Part shown: positions 27,369 to 32,086 of the stretch, piece after piece
Layout: each line of letters begins with the position of its first letter
Position numbering within the stretch: position 1 is the stretch's first letter
From: Candidatus Micrarchaeota archaeon
GTDB lineage: Archaea; Micrarchaeota; Micrarchaeia; Anstonellales; Bilamarchaeaceae
Direction: 5' to 3'
Assembly (NCBI GenBank): GCA_043816005.1
Contig: JBDRIM010000078.1
Span: 1 to 32,086, forward strand
Length of the DNA stretch: 32,086 nt
The notes under the pieces: model-generated
The model's input: the letters and a program-made list of their open reading frames with translations, nothing else
The model's database searches: none
What the model was told of the DNA's origin: nothing
Position numbers and translations under genes: made by a program

Positions 27369-27965
27369 ATGCAAAAACCCAGTTTTTTATTCTTATTAAT
27401 AATAATTGGAATTGCACTGTTGGGTATTTACGAATCAGAATCAGGTACCCAAACAACAACTGCGTTTGTTAGATTTTCTGCATTAACTGCATACCTGCTT
27501 CTTTGTATTTCACTTATCATAGGACCATTGGTAACCATATGGCCAAAGGAATATGCTCAAATAATAGAACCAAGAAGAGCAATTGGAATTGCAAGTTTTG
27601 TTTTCATACTGTTTCATATTTTCCTAGTTGCTTCAGCATACTTCAGTTGGAATATTAGTAAAATACTCTCCATGACCCCTTTGATTATTGGTGCTGCTGC
27701 GGCAGTAATAGTATTTATACTAACGATAACCTCCTGTGATTATGCAATAAAAGTTCTTGGACCAGTAGGGTGGAAGAAGATACAACAAATGAACTATTTG
27801 GCATTCATTTTGGTAACAGTACATTTTCTCATGAAAGCAAATGGACTTTTCAAGAATAATCTGCCTATTAACCCCGCAGAATTTGGCCTAATAACGCTTG
27901 GGCTAATAACAGTAGTATTGCAGATAGCTGGATTTGTGGCTAGAAGGAACAAACCGAAGAAATAA
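27369..27965 (+). CDS. Ferric-reductase-like transmembrane protein (MsrQ/YedZ-like)
   Basis: About 6 TM helices; RRAIG...FH, ITS, and LG..GWKKIQ..NY...VHF. Confidence 0.8.
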   Translation: MQKPSFLFLLIIIGIALLGIYESESGTQTTTAFVRFSALTAYLLLCISLIIGPLVTIWPKEYAQIIEPRRAIGIASFVFILFHIFLVASAYFSWNISKILSMTPLIIGAAAAVIVFILTITSCDYAIKVLGPVGWKKIQQMNYLAFILVTVHFLMKANGLFKNNLPINPAEFGLITLGLITVVLQIAGFVARRNKPKK

Positions 27966-28101
27966 AATTTTAGTTTGTTGCTTTCATTGGATAAAGATTC
28001 TTCAGATAAAATATGGGCCAGGTGTGGCATTGCAATTTTATTTTGCTCCGAAAATTCTTGAGAAAAAAATATGGAAGAACTAAAATAAAAAAAGAGTTGC
28101 C

Positions 28102-28123
28102 AATTTTTCGGGAGCGAAAAATT
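28102..28123. terminator. Hairpin between the convergent msrQ-like gene and tRNA
   Basis: AATTTTTCG-GGAG-CGAAAAATT perfect 9-bp stem; function not established. Confidence 0.4.
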
Positions 28124-28137
28124 TAGCAAGTAAAAAT

Positions 28138-28293
28138 TGGGCCCGCCCAGGATCGAACTGGGGGTCTTCGCTGTTTTCTCTCTACATACAATAAAAGTAT
28201 GTAAACGTAAGAGCGACGTCTTAACCATTGTCGTTAACTAACGAGTTTTTGGTTTTGCCTTTTTCCTAAAAAGGTAAACTCGACTACGGGCCC
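28138..28293 (-). tRNA. tRNA-Val(UAC) with two introns (28228-28278 at 15/16; 28175-28206 at 36/37)
   Basis: Spliced 73-nt cloverleaf: GGGCCCG TA GTCG AGTGGTTA AGAC G TCGCT CTTACAC AGCGA AGACC CCCAG TTCGATC CTGGG CGGGCCC A. CCA is not encoded. Confidence 0.88.
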
Positions 28294-28372
28294 AGAAGAA
28301 AAAATAATGTGGCGTTTGGCTTATTAAATTAACTAATCAGTTGAAAACAATAAAAATTGTAAAAAATAAAAA

Positions 28373-29743
28373 TTAGACGTTGAAATATTTCCTAAGTTCC
28401 AATCCAGTTACTCCCCTTAGAGATTCAACGTGCTGACCTAGTTTAAGCTCAAGATAGTCTCCCAATAACTCAGATGGTACAAGTCCTTTGATGAACGCAG
28501 TATCACTTTCAAGTGCCTTGGTTGCTTCGTAAAGACTACCTGGAAGCTCTTTCTGAACACGTTTCTTTTTACCCTCTGATTCAGTTGGATCTCCTGGATC
28601 AATTTTCTTTTTTATACCATCAAGACCAGCAGCGGCCATAAGAGCGTGTGCAAGATATGGATTAGCAGATGGATCTGCTGCACGATAAACAACTCTTTTG
28701 CTTTCTTTTATATTTTTCTTAAGTGAAGGTACAAAGACAACTGATTTTGGATCAGATGCACTCCAACCAAACTTAAAGCCATCCATAGCAAGCTTTCTAT
28801 ATGAATTTGGAATTGGTGCTGTAAAAAGCGAAAGTGCCTGTGCATGTTCAAGCAAACCACCGATGAAATATCGTCCTGTTTGACTTATTTGACCATAACT
28901 TTCCTTTCCATCATAGAATAAATTTTGCTCGCTACTTTTCCATAAGCTCATTGACATGGAAAATGAATTACCATTCTCACCTTCAACAGGATATGGCATA
29001 AAAGTAGCAGATGCATTGACTGCAGTTGCCAGATTTTTAGTGATAAATTTCAAAGTATTTACTGCATCACTTGCAGATTTCAAACTTCTTGGACCAAGCT
29101 CAAACGTCTGTTGCGCAGTTGGTGACTTACCATGCCTGTGGGCGTCAATAAGAACACCAAAACTGTCTTCAAGGGTCTCTGCAATTTGTACTCTTGCAGA
29201 ATACATTGAATCATATGGTGTTGCAACATAAGCGCCTGTTTTTTCATTTGATATTGGTGATGGACCCCAACGTGCTTCGCGAGAGTCCATTAAAACAGAC
29301 GATCCTCTGCTACTACTTGTTTTGTCAGTGGTTGTTGTATCAAATAAATAGCAGTCCACTTCACTTCCAACAATGCAGTTTTTGATTCCTGCTGCGGATA
29401 GATTAGTTTCCATTCTTTCAGCAATATAACGTGGATCTTTCAAAAATCGTTCTTTCTTCACAGCTACAAGAATATCACAAATGAGCCTTACTGTTGCAGG
29501 TTCCCATGGAAGTCTTGCAAGTGTGTTAGGATCAGGTAAAAGGACCAGATCCCCTTGGCTCGTAGTACCAAACACTTCATTAAGATCAGCAGCATTTATA
29601 CCTGTTCCAAAACTTGCCTCTTCGAGCTTTCTATTTGAGATACTAACCCTATGCATCGAACCTTTAATATCAAAGAACTGAAGATCGATCCATCGAATTT
29701 CATTTGTAGCGATATATTTCATTACGTCATCTATTGCAGACAA
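28373..29743 (-). CDS. Glutamine synthetase type I homologue with degenerate active site
   Basis: WIDLQFFDIKG, DLVLLPDPNT..LPW, DPRYIA, ATFMP, NSYRKL, DPSANPYLA, AAGLDGI and LPGSL. TTG start at 29743 after AGGTGG. Confidence 0.8.
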   Translation of the reverse strand: MSAIDDVMKYIATNEIRWIDLQFFDIKGSMHRVSISNRKLEEASFGTGINAADLNEVFGTTSQGDLVLLPDPNTLARLPWEPATVRLICDILVAVKKERFLKDPRYIAERMETNLSAAGIKNCIVGSEVDCYLFDTTTTDKTSSSRGSSVLMDSREARWGPSPISNEKTGAYVATPYDSMYSARVQIAETLEDSFGVLIDAHRHGKSPTAQQTFELGPRSLKSASDAVNTLKFITKNLATAVNASATFMPYPVEGENGNSFSMSMSLWKSSEQNLFYDGKESYGQISQTGRYFIGGLLEHAQALSLFTAPIPNSYRKLAMDGFKFGWSASDPKSVVFVPSLKKNIKESKRVVYRAADPSANPYLAHALMAAAGLDGIKKKIDPGDPTESEGKKKRVQKELPGSLYEATKALESDTAFIKGLVPSELLGDYLELKLGQHVESLRGVTGLELRKYFNV

Positions 29744-29808
29744 ACAAACCACCTGATAAACTTGCCATCTATACAAATAAATACGTTTCGAAGGCAGTAT
29801 TCTTTGTT

Positions 29809-31116
29809 ATGTTTGGTACATCTGGGATAAGAGGAGTCTATGGCAAAGATATTACTGAAGAACTAGTCACAGGAATAACTGGTGTTTTTGCAGACGGTAA
29901 AATAGCAATTGGAAGGGACGTAAGAGGTAGTGGGATCTCCCTGTTTAAAGCAGCAGTTAACGGTGCATTTTCTTCCCAAGCGAATGTTGTTGATTTAGGA
30001 ATAGTGCCAACACCAACAGTTGCTTTTGCAACAAAAAAACATAATTGTCGTGGAATAATGCTTACTGCCTCCCATAATCCACCGGAATATAATGGTATGA
30101 AACTAATAGAACATGGAAAAGAGATTGGAAAAATATTAGAAAACGAGATAACAAAAGAGTATAGTAAATGGACTATGGATGATTATTCACAGGGGATAAT
30201 AACAAAAGACTACAATATAATAAATGACCATAAAAACCACGTCAGTGAGCTTGTAGATGGTATTGAAATCGAAAGAAAAAAACCGACAGTGGTTGTAGAT
30301 TGTAATGGTGCAGCTGCAGTAATCACACCATATTTACTTACTGAACTAGGTTGTAAAGTTATCAGTGTTAATTCTTCAACAGACGGATTTAACCGCCCTT
30401 CAGAACCGTCAAAAGAAAATATTAGTTATCTTTCTGGATTTGTAAGAGAGATTAAAGCAGATTTTGCCATAGCACATGATGGTGATGGTGATCGTTGCGT
30501 CATAATGGATGACAGCGGAGAAGTACTTCCGTTAGATGTACAGCTTGCCATGATGATTGAACACGAACTTGGAAAAAATACAAACAAAAAGATAGTTTCA
30601 ACAGTTGAAGCCTCACTTGTCATACGGGAAGTTGTTGAAAATGCAGGTGGACGGATTGAAATTACGCCTGTTGGAAGCACTTATGTTGGTGATGCACTTG
30701 AAGTCGGAGGAGCCCTTTTTGGCGGAGAACCTTGTGGGGAATATATCTATCAAAAAGGAGTTCATGTGCCTGATGCTGTTCTTGCAGCTGCTAAATTTGT
30801 CGAAATGTTTACATTAAATGGAAAATTCTCGGAACTAAAGAAAAAATACAAACAAAATTTCATGGCAAGAGAAAAGTTTAGAGTAAATGATAAACGCAAC
30901 ACAATAGAAAAAATCAAAGAAAGCGTATTGGGATTAAATATCAGTGGAAAACTTAGAGACGACGACGGAATTCGTGTTGATGAAGAGGAGGGTTGGTTTT
31001 TGATTAGGGCAAGTGGAACTGAACCAATCATTCGGCTGACTATGGAATACAAAACCAAAGAAAAACTGGAAATACGAAAAAAACAGATGGTAGAAACGAT
31101 AAATTCGAAACTCTAA
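29809..31116 (+). CDS. Phosphohexomutase (PMM/PGM or GlmM family)
   Basis: MFGTSGIRG, PTP, TASHNP (phosphoserine), DGDGDR, GGE, and RASGTEP. Confidence 0.93.
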   Translation: MFGTSGIRGVYGKDITEELVTGITGVFADGKIAIGRDVRGSGISLFKAAVNGAFSSQANVVDLGIVPTPTVAFATKKHNCRGIMLTASHNPPEYNGMKLIEHGKEIGKILENEITKEYSKWTMDDYSQGIITKDYNIINDHKNHVSELVDGIEIERKKPTVVVDCNGAAAVITPYLLTELGCKVISVNSSTDGFNRPSEPSKENISYLSGFVREIKADFAIAHDGDGDRCVIMDDSGEVLPLDVQLAMMIEHELGKNTNKKIVSTVEASLVIREVVENAGGRIEITPVGSTYVGDALEVGGALFGGEPCGEYIYQKGVHVPDAVLAAAKFVEMFTLNGKFSELKKKYKQNFMAREKFRVNDKRNTIEKIKESVLGLNISGKLRDDDGIRVDEEEGWFLIRASGTEPIIRLTMEYKTKEKLEIRKKQMVETINSKL

Positions 31117-31118
31117 AC

Positions 31119-31490
31119 CTATTTTCCACGATATTCTACCGAATCCAAGCCTTTGAATGCCATATCACCAGTGACAAATCTTATGTTATTATCCAATGAA
31201 AATTGATATCCAATAGCATCAACATAGGATAAATTCAGTTTTTTCTTTTGGAATTCGAGACGGGTTTTCATAGCATTTTTCAGAGTTTTCTCTGGGATTT
31301 CTACTTTGATACTAGAAAATGCCTCATAATATTTTTCTGCTGTTTCTTCATCTATGTCTTTAATCCCGAAATAGTACAGTTCTATCAACTGAAAATCGCT
31401 TGTACAAATATCATTTTTGTCTATTATTTTGACGTATTTGGGATTACCTTTAAGATATTCAATCATTGCGTAGCTGTCTAAAAAATACAT
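31119..31490 (-). CDS. vapC: VapC PIN-domain toxin
   Basis: FLDSYA, E, LSYVDA and VTGD motifs; ATG overlaps the antitoxin stop (TGATG). Confidence 0.88.
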   Translation of the reverse strand: MYFLDSYAMIEYLKGNPKYVKIIDKNDICTSDFQLIELYYFGIKDIDEETAEKYYEAFSSIKVEIPEKTLKNAMKTRLEFQKKKLNLSYVDAIGYQFSLDNNIRFVTGDMAFKGLDSVEYRGK

Positions 31491-31702
31491 CAATCCCACC
31501 CTTCGTCGATTTCACGCATGATCTGATCTGTGGACTTTTTGATTTTAAGAGTACCCCTAAGCTCCTGAATTTTTGGTATTGACTTAAATTCGATGTGCAG
31601 GTCAGGATTTTTTGAAAGATTAAGTTGATCTGCTTTTTCTTTTGGGATTATTACTGCCCAGGAATTTCCTACTTTCTTCGCTGTCGCATGGAAACTGATC
31701 AT
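31490..31702 (-). CDS. vapB: AbrB/MazE-type antitoxin (VapB)
   Basis: KKVGNSWAVIIPK AbrB motif; acidic C-terminus; directly upstream of the PIN gene. Confidence 0.85.
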   Translation of the reverse strand: MISFHATAKKVGNSWAVIIPKEKADQLNLSKNPDLHIEFKSIPKIQELRGTLKIKKSTDQIMREIDEGWD

Positions 31703-31736
31703 TATACCACCAGTATAATTATATGCTAGGTATAAT
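31701..31736 (-). promoter_or_regulatory. Tandem palindromic operator of vapBC
   Basis: ATTATAC-N5-GTATAAT (31701-31719) and ATTATAT-N5-GTATAAT (31718-31736), between a TTTTTAAAT TATA-like box and the start codon. Confidence 0.65.
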
Positions 31737-31795
31737 TTAAAAAGCCATCATGAAGGACATCCCAGGTTAGATTTCTTCAGTTCTATTAGCATTGA

Positions 31796-32086
31796 TTAAA
31801 TTAATTCTCCCCTTGCCTGTTCAACTTGATGTCTTGCAGAATCCTGTTTGCGCCTGAATTCTGGTAAAACTGCATTCGAAAAACGCAATGGTAAAAGTTC
31901 GTTGAAAATTTCTTCCATAAGCTCAAAATATTTTACTGCCTCTTCCTTTTTCCCATGACGTAGACACTCGTACATTTCACGTTTCAACTCACCCACAGCA
32001 TCTAGAAGACCAAGAAGATATGGGATTTCTGGAACGCCAAGCTCCTTTTGATCAGGAATTTTTTTTGAAGTAATTGCAGAAAGAAC
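31796..32086 (-). CDS. Translin/TRAX (C3PO-like) family protein, 5'-partial
   Basis: Frame open to the window end: IPDQKELGV...YLLGLLDAVGELKR...FRRKQD. Confidence 0.82.
   Translation of the reverse strand, partial: VLSAITSKKIPDQKELGVPEIPYLLGLLDAVGELKREMYECLRHGKKEEAVKYFELMEEIFNELLPLRFSNAVLPEFRRKQDSARHQVEQARGELI

Noticed and set aside
26975..28137. Integrated element at the tRNA-Val 3' end
   Set aside because: No integrase and no duplicated tRNA 3' fragment (att site) found in the window.
27794..28228. 144-aa minus-strand ORF
   Set aside because: Overlaps the tRNA and is antisense to the MsrQ-like gene; no motifs.
29734..29808. Head-to-head overlap of the GS-like and phosphohexomutase ORFs
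   Set aside because: Artefact of longest-ORF starts; likely starts at 29743 (-) and 29809 (+) leave a 65-nt divergent promoter region.

Overview
AT-rich archaeal chromosomal segment with no transposase, integrase, CRISPR or rRNA. TBP, RpoF, RFC-L, eL21, GGTGA-type RBSs, eS26, a multi-intron tRNA and CxDxDGG surface proteins together suggest a DPANN archaeon, most likely Micrarchaeota (inference). Core genes: korAB (OFOR), Hef-type and XPD-type SF2 helicases each carrying a LAGLIDADG intein, rfcL, tbp, rpl21e-rpoF-DUF655, rps26e, a phosphohexomutase, vapBC and a partial translin. Accessory genes: orphan enzyme-like ORFs with unexplained basic N-terminal extensions (HExxH protein, caspase-fold protein, Zn-phospholipase C, B12-radical SAM), two tandem Cys-rich modular surface proteins, and a cytochrome b5 + MsrQ-like pair. 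Main oddities: a -1 frameshift inside the Hef intein; a 65-bp perfect repeat between the two halves of tbp; tRNA-Val(UAC) with two introns at non-canonical sites; a glutamine-synthetase homologue that has lost most catalytic residues; and the possible effector-like orphan set. All calls come from reading motifs by eye; no database searches were run.
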